From assembly GCA_977017645.1 (NCBI GenBank), contig OZ360235.1:43400001-43464000 (forward strand): a stretch of DNA of 64,000 bases, written 5' to 3'. Origin of the DNA: Torpedo marmorata (Eukaryota). Shown piece after piece: positions 1 through 13,623 of the stretch. The notes beneath the pieces were generated by a model. That model worked only from the letters and a program-made list of their open reading frames with translations. It searched no databases and was not told the origin of the DNA. Made by a program: the position numbers and the translations under genes. Within the stretch, counting starts at the first letter, position 1. The number at the start of each line of letters is the position of its first letter.

Positions 1-306
1 AATTTTAAATCCTCCCAAGATCTGGAGTTTGAGACCATTGGGAGGATTTAAGAAAAAAGTTCAATCATGTTACAATCAAAAACACAGGTTTATTTGTTCA
101 TCTGCCAGGCAAGACCGGGTGCTGCTTGATCTTGACAGTACTCATTAGTAAAATTTGAACAGGAAATGGCATTATGAATGCTAAGTATAAAGCTCAATTT
201 ACAGATTTTTACAACTAGTTAAGGAACATAATATGACAATATTCAATCGGTATCAGTGCACAGGACAAACTGAAGACAAAAATTGAATAACTAACAATTT
301 GCCAGT

Positions 307-342
<36 letters not shown>

Positions 343-369
343 TATAAAAAGAGGAGTTTTTTGGAAAGA

Positions 370-592
370 AAAAACAAATGCTGGAGGAACTCAGCAGGTC
401 TCGCAGCATCCATAGGAGGTAAAGATATATAACTGATGTTTTGTGCCTGAGTCCTTCAAGGTAACACACAACTTGAAGGGCTCAGGCCCGAAACCGTGTT
501 ATATCTTTACTTCCTATGGTTGCTGCGAGACCTGCTGACATTCTCCAGCATTGTGTTTTTACTATAATCAGTGTCTGCAGATTTTCTTGTTT
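370..592. mobile_element. Palindromic Penelope-terminus-derived element (inverted pLTR ends)
   Basis: Arms at about 370-460 and 472-560 are near reverse complements and resemble the Penelope termini at 18250 and 27812. Confidence 0.75.
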
Positions 593-667
593 CAGTTCTT
601 TGAAAGAGTTCAAGTGAAAAATGCAATTTATGAAAATGTACAATAAGATTTCAAGGTCACTTTAGGT

Positions 668-1509
668 CAGGGGTGGCCAAACTGCATCCTCCGGGCCATT
701 TTTTAAGTGGCCCTGGTTGAATTTTAAAAATAAAATGGAATATGGCCAGTTAGTCTAACAATAAATTGCACTGTCTGTATATTGCACTTCTTAGTTTCAA
801 TACTAGATGTCGCTGCCATTTTGAACAACTACTTCTCCGACCGTTGCAATGTTACTCATCGATGAAAACATTGACCTCAGTTAAAAAGGTTACTTCAGTA
901 AAAAAAACTTTTACCTCAGCTGATTAAACATGGCCAAACTGAAAAGACAGAAAATAGAAAACATGTTGGGAAAATGAACAAGTTTTCACAGAAGTCAAGG
1001 GGAAGTGTATTTGGTTTGATTTGAAAGGAATCTGTCAACTTTAACAGCCTATCTACAGATTTACACATTGCATCATAATCATTAAGGTGGATATTTGGGC
1101 TATGAACTGTATTCATTGAGAATCATGAGGAATATTGGAGACTGCCTTCTCCCTTTCTTGATCTTTTCTCCTGTTCTTTTGCGCCCAGCTTTTTATTTTG
1201 CACTGCTTTTTGAATGAGAGTTTTATTGTATTCTTTGAAATTAAATGTAAGAGCAGCAGATACAGAAATGCCTACTGTAATATGTGAGCACATCAATAAA
1301 CTACTGTAATGTCAGTTAAACTGTTCAGTGTCGTATAGTTATTTTGATAGAAAATGGATCTTTGATGGCACAGGGGTTTTCTGGTCTAAAAACACCGTTT
1401 TTCTTGCAGTATAACTGATTGAAAACTGCCGGGCTTAACAATGTTTGGCCCGCGACTCCTTCTATTTTTCTGTATGTGGCCCACAACCAAAAAGGTTTGG
1501 CAACCCCTG
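668..1509. mobile_element. Non-autonomous hAT (Charlie-like) DNA transposon
   Basis: TIRs CAGGGGTGGCCAAAC / GTTTGGCAACCCCTG; 8-bp TSD ctttaggt (660-667) / cattaggt (1510-1517). Confidence 0.85.
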
Positions 1510-2514
1510 CATTAGGTATTGGACAGTAGCAAAGTTTATAGCCTTAAGAACCTTGACTTTTGCATTTTTAACAATTTAGCAAGAGTAAAAGGGGGTAAAA
1601 CATCCACTACATCTTTTTCTCAACCAAAACTTGATTTTCTTTTTTCCCCTTACAGTTTAAATATTGCCTGCTTATGCTGATACTACTTCCAACATATACT
1701 AACAGCCATTTATTATTTCACCAAAAACTTGGAGTTTGAACATATTAAAAGTAGAACATCTTTGAAATACAAAATTTTTTTTTTTTCAAATGAACTGTAT
1801 GCATGTTTAGGTAGTGGTCATTAAAAAAGTAGTAGCATTTTCAGTATGATACTTTTTGACAAAACAAGAAATCAAATTCTATTTTTTCTGTCAGATGGCT
1901 GATTTTATTTGCCGCTTTCTTGCAGGAAGGGCTGTTAGAGTAATTTACAAATATTCCTTGGTGGTTCAACATCCTCCAAACGAGCATGGAAGATGGAAGG
2001 TCTGAAGTACATGGTGTGCAGAATTACCACCAATAAATTGCTCCCCATTACCATGCAGCGGTTTCTGGCTTCAGAAAGGGAGAACACATATTTTGGTGGG
2101 TCTTACAAAAAAAAAAAAAAAAACTCACGAGCAGCTATGGTCACTTCCCAAGCAATGATTTATAGTTTCTACAACTCCACTTCTCTTCAGAATTGATCAC
2201 CACATTAAGGTTGGTATCAGTGAAGGGGAAAAAAGTCTGTCTTTTATAAGCAGTTAAATTTCTTGCATTCTAAAGGTCAGCTTTCCTTGACTAGTTTTCA
2301 ACTGAGAAGTGTGTGGGGGGGGGGGTGTTCCACCTCAAAAAGTGGACTGAAACAACTCAGACCAAAATGTGCAGTAGCTTTACAAACTCAACAGGTTTCA
2401 GCTTTTTGGGAGCACATTTTCTTTCACACACTGGGACTCAAATACCATCATTGGTTTTGTTTACTCTAGATTTATCCAGCAACAAATTTTACATCAGGAA
2501 TGGGATAATTTATC

Positions 2515-2850
2515 CCCAAGGAGCTTATTGCTCAGACGAGTGTTATAATGAGAGAGTGAGGTTTTTCCTCCTCTGGAGCACAGGAGGTTGAGAGGTATAC
2601 AAAATCATGAGGAGCATTGATAAGGCAAGTGGTCAGAGTGTTCTTCTTGGGGTAGGAGTGTGTAAAACTACAGGGAAAAGATTTCAGGCGAGTGGGGAAA
2701 GATTTAAAGGGGACCAGAGGGGCAATTTTTTCCCCATACAAGTAGTATGTGAAATAAGCTGCCAGAGGAAGTGGTAGAGGCAGGTACAATCTCAATAGTT
2801 AAAAAGATATTTTGACAGCTACATGGAAAGGAAAGGTTAAGAGGGAGAAG
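2515..2850 (+). mobile_element. CR1-type LINE 3' fragment, followed by a short inverted Penelope-end fragment (about 2850-2905)
   Basis: CR1 C-terminal/3' motifs (gaggtatacaaaatcatgagg, ctgccagaggaagtggtagagg). Confidence 0.7.
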
Positions 2851-2934
2851 AAAAACACGAAAGTCTGCAGTTTGACCTGCTGAGTTTCTCCAGCATTGTG
2901 TGTGTTTTTTTTTTTTTTTAAAAAAAAACAAGGT

Positions 2935-5520
2935 TGCGGGCAGGTTTGCGAGTGCTGCTCCGGTGGGTTTAAACTAGATTTGCAGGGGGAGGGGAACCAG
3001 AGTGCCAGAACAGATGGAGGAGGGAAAAGATGATGTTAAAATGGCATGCACCGTTAGAAGTCAACGGGTTGAATGTGGTGGAAATGTTCTCAGGTGCATC
3101 TATTTCAATCCAAGGAGTATTGTAGGAAAGGCAGACAAGCTTAGAACGTGGATTGGCACCATTGTGGCCATTACTGAAACTTGGTTGCAGGAGGGGTACG
3201 ATTGGCACCTCAATGTTCCTGGTTTCCGTTGCTTTAGACTCGATAGAATGGGGATATGAAAGGGGGAGGAGTAGCATTGCTCATCAGGGAAAATATCACA
3301 GCGGTGCTCAGGCAAACAGACCAGAGGGCTCGTCTACTGAGGCTATATGGGTGGAGCTGAGGAACGGGAAAGGTATGACAACACTCATGGGATTGTATTA
3401 TAGACCAACCAATAGTCATCAAGAATTGGAAGAGCAAATTTGTAGAGAGATAGCAGACAGCTGCAGGAAACAAAGTTGTGATAGTAGGAGATTTTAACTT
3501 TCCACAGATTGACTGGGACTCCCATACTGTAAAAGGGCTGGATGGCTTGGAGTTTGTCAAATGTGTTCAGGAAAATTTTCTAAACCAATATATAGAGGTA
3601 CCAACTAGAGAGGGTACAATACTGGATCTCCTATTAGGGAACGAGACAAGACAGGTGACAGAAGTATGTGTAGGGGAACATTTTGGGTCCAGTGATCATA
3701 ATGCCATTAGTTTCAAGGTAATTATGGAGAAGGATAGGTCTGGACCTCAGGTTGAGATTCTAAATTGGAGAAAGGCTAATTTTGAGGAAATGAGAAACGA
3801 TCTCGAATGCGTGGATTGGGATAAGTTGTGTTCTGGCAAGGATGTGTGAGGTAAGTGGTGTTCCCAATGATGGGAGAGACGAGGACTAGAGGGCATAGTT
3901 TAAGAATTCAGGGAAGGCCCTTTAGGACGGAGATGAGAAAAAATTTCTTTAGCCAGAGAAGTGTGAATCTGTGGAATGCTCTGCCACAGAGGGTGGTAGA
4001 GGCAGATTCGCTGATTATGTTCAAAAGAGAATTAGATAAGACTCTAATGAGCAGAGGATTTAAGGGTTATGGGGATAAGGCTGGTAAGGGGTACTGATAG
4101 TAGTGATCAGCCATGATCTGTAAAATGGCGGTGCTGGCTCGACGGGCCGAAGGGCCTACTCCAGCTCCTATTGTCTATTGTCTATTGTCTATTGACCTTC
4201 AAAGGTGAAATTTTGAGAGTACAGAGTCTGGATGTTCCTGTCAGGATCAAAGGCAAGGTTAGAAGGAATAGGGAACCTTGGTTTTCAAAGGATATTGGGG
4301 ATCGGTTCGGAAGAAGAGAGGTGTATAACATGTATAGGCTGCATGGAGAAAACGAGGTACTTGAGTATAAAAAATGCAAGAAAAATCTCAAGAAAGAAAT
4401 CAGCAAGGCTAAAAGACATGAGGTTACTTTGGCAGACAATGTGAAGGAAAATCCTGAGTGTTTCTGCAGGTATATTAAGAGCAAAAGGATAGTAAGGGAC
4501 AAATTGGTCCCCTTAAAGATCAGAGTGGTTGGCTTTGTATGGAGCCAAAAGAGATGGGAGAGATCTTAAATGTTTCTTTCCCCCCCCTCAGTATTCACTC
4601 AGGAAACGGGCATAGAGTCATGGGAAGTAAGGAAAACAAGCAGTGAGGTCATGGAACCTATATAGATTAAAGACGAAGTGCTTGCTGTCTTAAAGCAAAT
4701 AAGGGTGGATAAATCCCCAGGGCCTGAAAAGATATTCCCTCAGACCTTGGGGGAGGCTAGTGTAGAAATCGCAGGGGTTCTGACAGAAATATTTAAAATG
4801 TCCTTAGCCACGGGTGTGGTGCTGGAGGATTGGAGGGTAGCTCACATTGTTTCATTGTTTAAAAAAGGCTCCAAAGGTAACCCTGGAAATTATAGGCCGG
4901 TGAGCCTGACGTCAGTAGTAGGTAAATTATTGGAAGGTGTTCTAAGAGATCAGATATACAATTATTTGGCTCGCCAGGGACTGATTAGGGATAGTCAACA
5001 TGGCTTTATGCGTGGTAATCGTGTTTAACCAATCTTAAGAGTTTTTCGAGGTTACCAGGAAAGTTGACGAAGGAAAGGCTGTGGATGTTGTCTTCATGGA
5101 CTTTAAGGCCTTTGACAAGTTCCCGCATGGGAGGTTAGTCAGGAAGGTTCAAACGCCAGGTATTCATGGTGAAGTAGTGAACTGGATTCAAATGGACGGG
5201 AGAAACCAGAGAGTAGTGGTGGATGATTGCTTATCAGATTGGAGGCCTGTGACTAGTCGTGGGCCTCAGGGATCGGTACTGGGACCATTGTTGTTTGTCA
5301 TCTATATCAATAATCTGGATGATAATGTGGTAAATTGGATTAGTAAATTTGCAGATGACACTAAGATTGGAGGTGTTGTGGACAGCGAAGAATGTTTTCA
5401 AAGCTTGCAGAGGAATCTGGACCAGCTGGTAAAGTGGGTGGAAAAATGGCAGATGGAATTTAATGCAGACAAGTGTGAGGTGTTGCATTTTGGAAGGACA
5501 AACCAAGAAAGGACATACAC
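2935..5520 (+). mobile_element. CR1-clade LINE ORF2 remnant (APE endonuclease + RT), frameshifted
   Basis: ORF fragments AITETWL, IVGDFNFPQIDW, SDHNAISF, PGNYRPVSLTSVVGKLLE, DFKAFDK, QGSVLGPLLF, KFADDTK. Confidence 0.92.
3859..4194 (+). mobile_element. Nested CR1 3'-end insertion with (CTATTGT)n tail
   Basis: TRTRGHSLRI...RKNFFSQRSVNLWNALP peptide; tandem tail 4168-4194; interrupts the host CR1 between its EN and RT regions. Confidence 0.85.
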
Positions 5521-8500
5521 ACCAAAATCCCACACCATTACTGATCTCATTCCCTCCTTGTGGCCAACACTTGCCATCAAATGAATGTTTGGCTTTTAGT
5601 AAACAAAGTAGGCTAGAAATTCCATGGCACTTTGCCACAAACCACTTCCCAGCTTGTCTCACCAAGTTTTAAATATGCTTTAAAAAAAATAAATCACCAT
5701 TCCAGTGTAGTTTAAGAACTGGCACTATCAGGATCACATTTAATTTCACACTGCTTCTGTTTGCGGGATGTTGCTGAAAAGCATTAGTTTTAATTTCTTG
5801 CAGCCAACTACACTTGGTAACCCACCAAACCTCCATCAGCCAATACTGAAAACACACACACAGCCCTTCTTAATATTAAAGAATGTCAATTATTTAGACA
5901 GTGGCACCAGTTTCACCCCCTCCCTCAGGGCTTTCCAGCTTTCATGAAGGGCCCAGAGAAATTGGTGGATTACATCACCCACAGAAGGGACGTCTTGTGT
6001 GCAAAAGAGTGATGGAAACTCTCAGGAGGTATTAGCAGGAGATTGCCAGGAAGGTCTGTCAGGAGTAATACTAAGCACAGTCCTTACCAGTGTCAAAGTA
6101 AATCATGATCATGCAAGACTTCAATCTTTGCCTTCAAACTTTCAAAGTTTGCTTACAACACACTCACTCATACAAGCTACTTCTGTCTCCTTTGCATCTC
6201 TTCCTATCCCTGGTGCTCTCGTCATACTTCCCCTTTCCCATCTGTGATTCTCCCCTTGCGTAACAGAAGAACTACTTTTGCTCCGCTCCATATCCATGCC
6301 TACACGCACCAATACATACACACATCCACTGACTCAGTTGTATACTTCGCTTCAATTCCATTTTTCTGCCCACATCCATGATCTTGTGCTCACTGCATGA
6401 ATGCTCCACCCAATCAGCCAAGGCAGTCACAATGTAATGCCCATTCAACTCCCTCTACAACACTACTGCAGGCAAAGGTCATAAGGAATAGGCAGTTGGC
6501 ATCATCAAGAGAAGGAGGCCATCTTGGGAGAACAGAGTGCCTGAAGGAGAAAGTACTGGATCTTATGGGTGGAGCAGGCAAGCCTCTGGTGACATGATAA
6601 TCTGAGTACATCTAAAATCTGCCCAGTATAAATTCTGTGCAGCTTAATAAAAACTTACTTTTGACTTTAGCAGGAAATAAAATCCAGTTTTTTTGCTCAT
6701 ATAAGTTGGAGGGTAGAGGAACTCTTCACTTTTGAAGTAGTGTGTACCTGTACATGACCTCCCTAATGCAGCTGTTAGCAAAGTGAGATGTGGCATATAG
6801 CAGAAGGCCATGTGAGATTCAGAGGCTACAAAACTAAAGGGAACAGTAACCTCAAGTTTGACTGATCGCAGTCCAGAATGAACACAGTTAGCTTTTTAAA
6901 GAGCCCAGGAAAAATATTGCTTGTAACCAATGCCTCGAAATGTGCAGATAATGTAACAGATGACTACATAGCAAGAAACATTAAATTTCTCCAATGTTAA
7001 CAACTATGGACATCACAATACTTTTATTTGAAAACAGCATGAATAATTTATTATCCAGTTTAATGTTTACATTACAGGAACTCGAGTTTACCTTTGATAT
7101 GACTAGTTTACATTTTGATAGTTCTGACAAAGACAAAAACAGTTTCCCTTCCACAGATGCAAGCTGACATGGAAGATTCACAGCATTTTGTTTTTACTTC
7201 CAATTTCCAGCATCTTGCAGGTTTTTTGCAACCCCCCCCCCCCCCACACACACACACTTTCCTTACCTTTGTACTTATTTCAAATGTGAAAACAAGTTCC
7301 TGTCAAGAGAGTATTTTGATTGGCAAATGGACAGCAATTAAATTCATAGATGAACAAATTCATCTTTGGAATGCTGGGGATTGAATGAAAACCACCACTT
7401 TTACCTACAAATCCTTTGCTACCACTTTTTTTTAAACAGATCAAGACAAAATCTAATGTAGATACCTTGCGAGGCACTATAGTTAGATACTCCTGTAAGC
7501 AGTCTATTCTAACCTTATGGTATTGACCCATATTGTAAGTAAGAGAAGTGGCATTAATAGCACTTATGATAAGAGATCAAAGGGAATCTAATGTATCCAA
7601 CTTCACCAGCAAGATGTTAGATGTCTGTGCCTACATACAGAGCATGAAAGTTAAAGATGAACAGAAGGTCAAAGCACATTTGACCTCCTGTTCCATCACT
7701 GGATTCAGAGTCCAGGACAGAGAACAAACATCCAAAGTCGAAGATTCCATTATACATAGTCCTTAGTTTTACAACAGCCACACATGCCACTTAAAACATT
7801 TTTAAAAGCAATAGACAAGACATATTCTGAATTTAACCTTTATTTCACCTTTATATGATGGGCCTTGTAATAATTTATTTAAACAGTCACTGATTGTGAT
7901 AGAATTGTGTTTTTCACTTCTATTACTTAATATATTTAATATTTAAGCACATACAAATAAAATTAACTTTGGATTTTAAAATAATTTGTCCGTAGATATT
8001 CAAAGTATTGTTGCAAAGGCCTTTGGCTGTAGCCATCAGGAATGCCCAGAGCAGAACCTCCAGATTTTCCACAGAGCTACTGCTTGTGAACTGCTCCATC
8101 TTGGCAGGAAGCTTGATGGATTGAGTACAATCTGGCACAGTTGTGTTCAATTCCTCAAAGTAGATCAATTAGATTTTATTATGAAATCCAACTGCTCAGC
8201 TGCTAGGTTTCAAAATGTGCAACAAATGATCACATTCACTTGCTTCAATCAGAACATGTCTGAGCACAAGATGTTGAATTTATGATACCTCTTGATTTCC
8301 TAGATTTGCAGATCATCTAACCTGCGAAGACTAACTGTCCATGTATTTAATTTGAACTGCTCCCGAGTTTTGCAATATTCTACAAATCCATATCAGCTGC
8401 TTGCCCATGAATTTTAAAAATCAGTTTTCAATTTATCCTTTGTAGATTTCATTGTGTGCAAAAGACATTCAGCTACCAAAACATGCCAATTTCCCCAGAG

Positions 8501-9020
8501 CTTAAAATAATTTGCAGGAAGCAGTGCGGTGATCTGATCAGGAAATTTAGTATATTAATCTTTGCTTTGAAAAGCAAATTAATCTTTGCTTTTAAAAAGC
8601 CTACACTTTGTGACAGGAGTAACTGCAACACCAAAACTGCACCAAGTTATTTTACTTCAAGCAACGCTGTGTATACCATGAAATTGTATTTTACCTAATA
8701 ACCCATTTCAGGATGACTCCAACTTTCCAACCATGCAGCAAGATTCTTTTTTACATTTGTTACCCAGAAGTTAATCTTAACTAAATCACTCATGTCGAAA
8801 TCTTCAAATCTATATAAACTATATTCTGCTATTTTATACACTACCTCAAAGCAAAATATGCAATTAAATTAGATACATTCTCCCATTTAGAAATCCAAAA
8901 TGACTTCGATTACCTAAAAATTCCATTGGAAGTGCTATTAGAATCATAATGATACAACACAGTAAGGTCCTACAGCCCACCGAATGCACACCCAACAAAT
9001 AGAAGAGCAGCTGTATTATA

Positions 9021-9438
9021 CAGGTGCCTAACCTTTTATCCGAAAACCTTGGGACCAGCCACTTTTCGGAATTCAGATTTTTTCAGTTTATAGGATTATT
9101 TTAACTGCGGTACTTTTAAATAATTGCGTTGCTTCAGATTCGCGCAAAACAAAGACACTCCAACTAGAAGGGTTTCTGGAAGGCGGTGTTGGATGGTGGG
9201 GGGTTCGTGGCGGCGCTGGACTGGGGGGGGTGGTCGTGGCGGTGCTGGACTGGGGGGGGGGGTGGTAAATGAAGTGAGATAAAAGATAGACCATAAAATT
9301 ACTAGCATGCTTTTTATTTTTAAGTAAAACACAGTAAAACTTCAAACATTAACTGGTTCAAACTAAGCTAAACACCTGAAAATATACTGGAAAAAATGTT
9401 CGGTTTTCGGAATTTTGGATAAAAGGTTAAGGCACCTG
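9021..9438. mobile_element. Tc1/mariner (Tigger/pogo-like) MITE
   Basis: TIRs CAGGTGCCTAACCTTTTATCC / GGATAAAAGGTTAAGGCACCTG, TA TSDs, internal G-rich tandem unit. Confidence 0.85.
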
Positions 9439-9639
9439 TAGTTCCAGTGCCTGGTTCAATCCTAACTTCAGTGCTGTCTGTATGGTGCTCTCACCCATTT
9501 GTACTAATCCTACATTAAACCTTCATTCAACCCCCATAACCCACACAGTAGGGACAATTTAGTGAACAACTAACCACATTTTGGCAAGTTAGATTACCTG
9601 GCAGTGTTCCTCCTGCCTACACACAGACAAGCCTAAAAG

Positions 9640-11545
9640 AGAGGCTCCAGATATCAGGACAGCCAGAAGGTGGTCATGGGAGGCTGAAGAACAGTTAAAG
9701 TACTGCCTCGAGTCAGTGGATTCGGTGGTGTTTAAGAACTCAGCTGAAGATCTGAATGATTACACCAGGGCTGTTACAGACTTTTGAAAACAGATGTGGA
9801 CAAGTGTGTCCCCACCAAATCGTTCAGGGTTTTCCCCAACCAGAAGCCCTGGACGAACAATGAAATCCGGAACCTCCGAGAGCCAGATCACTGGCATTTA
9901 AGTCCAGAGATCCAGAAAACTACACAAGTAGCAGGTACGACCTAGGAAAAGCCATCTATGGGCAAAGTGGTTATTCCGGAGAATAGAAATAAAGTAGGAT
10001 TCCTGACAGGTGTGGCAGGGCTTAAATGAAATAACGTGCTTAAAACTAAATATGTGCAGAAAGAGACAGCAAAGCTTTGCTCCCAGAAGAATTCAATGTG
10101 TTCTATGCCCAATTTGACCACCAGGACAAGGAAAAACCACTGCACACCCCCCATGTCCCCTGATGATCCTCTTGTGTCAGTATCCGAGGCTGATGTGTGG
10201 GCTGCCTTCAGAAGAGGGAATCCAAGGAAAGCATCCAGTGCGGATGGAAAACCTGTGCTGACCAACTTGCCAATATATTCACAGACATCTTCAACATTTC
10301 ACTCTGGCAGAGTGTCATTTCAAACAAGCCTCAATCGTACCGCTGCCCAAGAAGAGCGTGGTAACCTACCTGAATGGCTACCGACCAGTGGCACTCACAT
10401 CCACAGTGATGAAGAATTTTGAGAGGCTGGTGTTGAAACACATCAGCTCCTGCCTGAGCAGCGACATGGATCCGTTCCAATTTAGAGATCTACAGCAGAT
10501 CCCATCTCACTGGCTCGACACAAAGCCCCAGAACACCTGGACTCAAAAGCACATACACAGGAATCTCTTTATTGACTACAGTTTGGCATTCAACACCATC
10601 ATGCCCTCAAAACTGAACAGCAAACTCCAAGACCTGGGATTCAATACTCCACTGTGTAATCGAATCCTGGATTTCCTCACCTCCAGACCCAAATTAGTGA
10701 GGACTGGTAAGAACATTTCCTCCACAATCTCCATCAGTACCGGAGCACCACAGGGCTGTGTACTTAGCTCCATGCTCTACTCGCTTTACACCTATAACTG
10801 TGTGGCTCAGTACGACGACAACACAATCTACAAATTTGCTGACGATACCATGGAAGTGGGTTGAATAAAAAGGGGCAATGAGTCAGCATACAGGAGGGAG
10901 ATTGAAAACTTGGCAAAATGGTGTACTAACAACAACCTCTCAGTGTCACCAAAACCAAGATGCTGATTGTGGACTTTAGGAAGGGAAAACCAGGTGTACG
11001 ATCCAGTGATCATTGGAGGAATAGGAAATGGAGAGGGTGAGTAAATTTAAATTCCTAGGACCTTTCCTTGACTCAACTCATTAATGTCCCCAGAAAAAAG
11101 CACATCAGCAACTCTATTTCCTCAGGAGTTAGCGGAAGTTTTTTTAACGACATTAGAAATTTTGGCAAACTTCTATAGTTGTGCAGTGGAAAGTGTGCTG
11201 ATTAGCTGCATCACAGCCTGGTATGAAGGCACCAATATGTCTCAGCAGAAAGCCCTGCAAAAGGTAGAGGACGTAGCCCAGTACATCACATTCAAAACTC
11301 TCTCCACCATCAAGAAAATCTACATGGAACGCTGCCGTTGGAGAGCAGCAGCATTCATCAAGGATCCATACCACCCAGGACATGCTCTGTTCTCGCTACT
11401 GTCATCAGAAAAGAGGTATAGGTGCCACAACATTTGTACCACGAGGTTCAGGAACAGTTGCTACTCCTCCACCATCAGACTCCTTAACAACAAACTCTGG
11501 ACTCATTTAAAGACTCTTACTTTGTCCATTATTTATTACTGTTGT
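9640..11545 (+). mobile_element. Rex1/Babar-type LINE, 5'-truncated, degenerate RT
   Basis: [59 protein letters not shown] motifs. Confidence 0.88.
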
Positions 11546-11576
11546 TTCCTTGGATACTCATGACTTAAAATCATTT

Positions 11577-12363
11577 CAAGATTCAATTTATTGTCATAGT
11601 AATAAGACAGTGTCATATTCCATGAAATTTCTTTTTGCCTGCTGCAAGGCAGACAGATTCGCCACCGGCAGAAATTGCCTAAGCGCCTCTAACATTCCTT
11701 ACAGTCAGAGAAAGAGAAGCAAAAGAGAGTCCCCCCAGAGTCACCGAGTGCCCGTAGATTCGCCTCCAGCGCTTCCGCAGCCATACAGAGTCCAGTCCAG
11801 ACCATGGCAACCCGAGCTCCAGATCCGCACCTCCGACACGGTCAGGGCGCCCTCGGCACCCCCTCGCATCCCGGTTCCGATACCTGGTACTCCTCCTGCC
11901 AGTTCAAGCCAGCCTCCAGCAGTCCGCAGTCCGGCGTGAGTCCCCCGACAGCAGTCTCCAGCAGCCCACAGCCTCCACGGGTTCATCGCCTCGAGTCACC
12001 AGCAGCCCGCCGCATGCACTGGTCCTTCAGCCTCAGAGCCCCTCACTGGTCCGCCGCAGTGGTCACCATCCCGTAGGTCGTCTCCTTCTCAGACGGAGGG
12101 TGATCTTCCCGTCCTCTGGTGCCCTGCTCCAGTCCTCCGCTGCTGCCGGTTAAAAGGCGCTGCCATCTTGGGTGCAGACCCCGCGGTCGCGGGATCATAA
12201 ATAAAACCACCGTCGGCTCCCTCAACGGGCCTTTCAAAGCCCGTGCGGAACCAACGGCAGTCGACTGGGCGGTTGGACCCCGCGGGAGCGCTGTATCTCC
12301 GTTCCCACGCTCCCCGCGGGTCCACACCAGCGCTGCCGCTACAGCGGCTCCGGCAGCGCCGCC
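11577..12363 (-). mobile_element. GC-rich non-autonomous retroelement with Rex1-type 3' tail
   Basis: Minus-strand end ATGACAATAAATTGAATCTTG resembles the Rex1 tail at 53511-53535; CpG-rich non-coding body; possible TSD atcattt (11570-11576 / 12364-12370). Confidence 0.65.
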
Positions 12364-13623
12364 ATCATTTTATTCTAATAGGTCAATAATTTGCTGGGGA
12401 AATATTACTCTCCCCCCACCCCCCCAATTTGAAATTATTTTGCAATTTTCAGTTTAAAACCACCCTGGAGCATACTGGTTTAACTGCAGCATTTACAATT
12501 TTCTCTTCTACTTCAAAGCCCAGTGGTAGAACCAAAGGTCCCAGCGAGTATTAAGAATTTATGTTATTATCATAAGTGCTTCCTTGCCTACACTTCAGTG
12601 AATTAGTCCTTGAATTGATTTCATACCTAGTGTATTACCCTCTTCCTCTATTCCAAAGACTAACAAAAGTATTTCTTCAACAAGTTTGTAAATTGAAATA
12701 ACAAAAGAGATATCCCCATTAAAAGACCAGTGTCATCTGTGACCGCAAAAACTATCTTTGTATCCCATGCAGGTTTTGCATAACAAATGAAAGTGTTCTA
12801 TGGCCATATTTCACTTCTGTTTTTGTCTGAATGAATCCAGACCAGGTTAATAAAGCATTTTTCTCTTGTAATTGCAAAAGCCTGTTACAAAGAAACTGAG
12901 TCTCTTTAAAGTTTAAAAACTACAATTTATATTCACATAAACTTCTAATTGAAAAATGCCAGGGATGGGAGGAGGAATTTATCTTGATTAAAGGTTAATC
13001 TTTCAATATTGGTATATTGTGGATCATCCACCACACTAATTTTCCCATCTCTAGTTCCCAGGCACTTGACAAGAACATTTGAGTGAGCTACATGAAGAGA
13101 TTAGATTAGGGGAGTTGACCAAAAGTTTGGTGGAAGTGGGGTGGGAGTTTTAAAAGGGAGCAATTTACAACTAAGAGATAGAAGATTTAAGGAGGTCATT
13201 CAGAGCCTTAGCAGTTGAAGCCAAATATTGCAATGATTAATTAAGGAAATGACCAAGACATCATAACTGGAGGATTGCGGGCACCTTGAATGATTGTGGG
13301 GCTGAAATACAAACCATAGGAGAATTTTGAATAACGATTTTATTTTCTTAAAAGGTGTTGCTAAAACAGGAACCAAGACAGTCAAAGGGATAATAGGTGA
13401 ATGAGATTTGATGAAAAATTTAAGATAAGCAACACTTTTGACCACTTCTTTAAGAGTCAGCAGAACTATCAATGAATAACCAATTATATAAATTATAATG
13501 TGATGAGTATTTCTGCAGTTGGTAAATGGAACTAGGAGAAAATTAAGATGTTGTGATAAGTGGTAAAAGAGTTTTGATAATAGTTGTGGATGTATTATTG
13601 GAAGTTCATCACAATCAAATATA

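Noticed and set aside
5940-6250. Candidate BCL2L13 terminal exon
   Set aside because: The minus-strand frames I read lack the expected acidic start, WxxI LIR and hydrophobic TM tail, and hit stops.
7923-8285. Overlapping 81-99 aa ORFs in a coding-like stretch
   Set aside because: No recognisable motif or convincing splice pair; possibly old transposon debris, but unsupported.
11550-12457. Overlapping Pro/Ala/Gly-rich ORFs on both strands
   Set aside because: Stop-codon scarcity in a GC-rich repeat; no domain signature.
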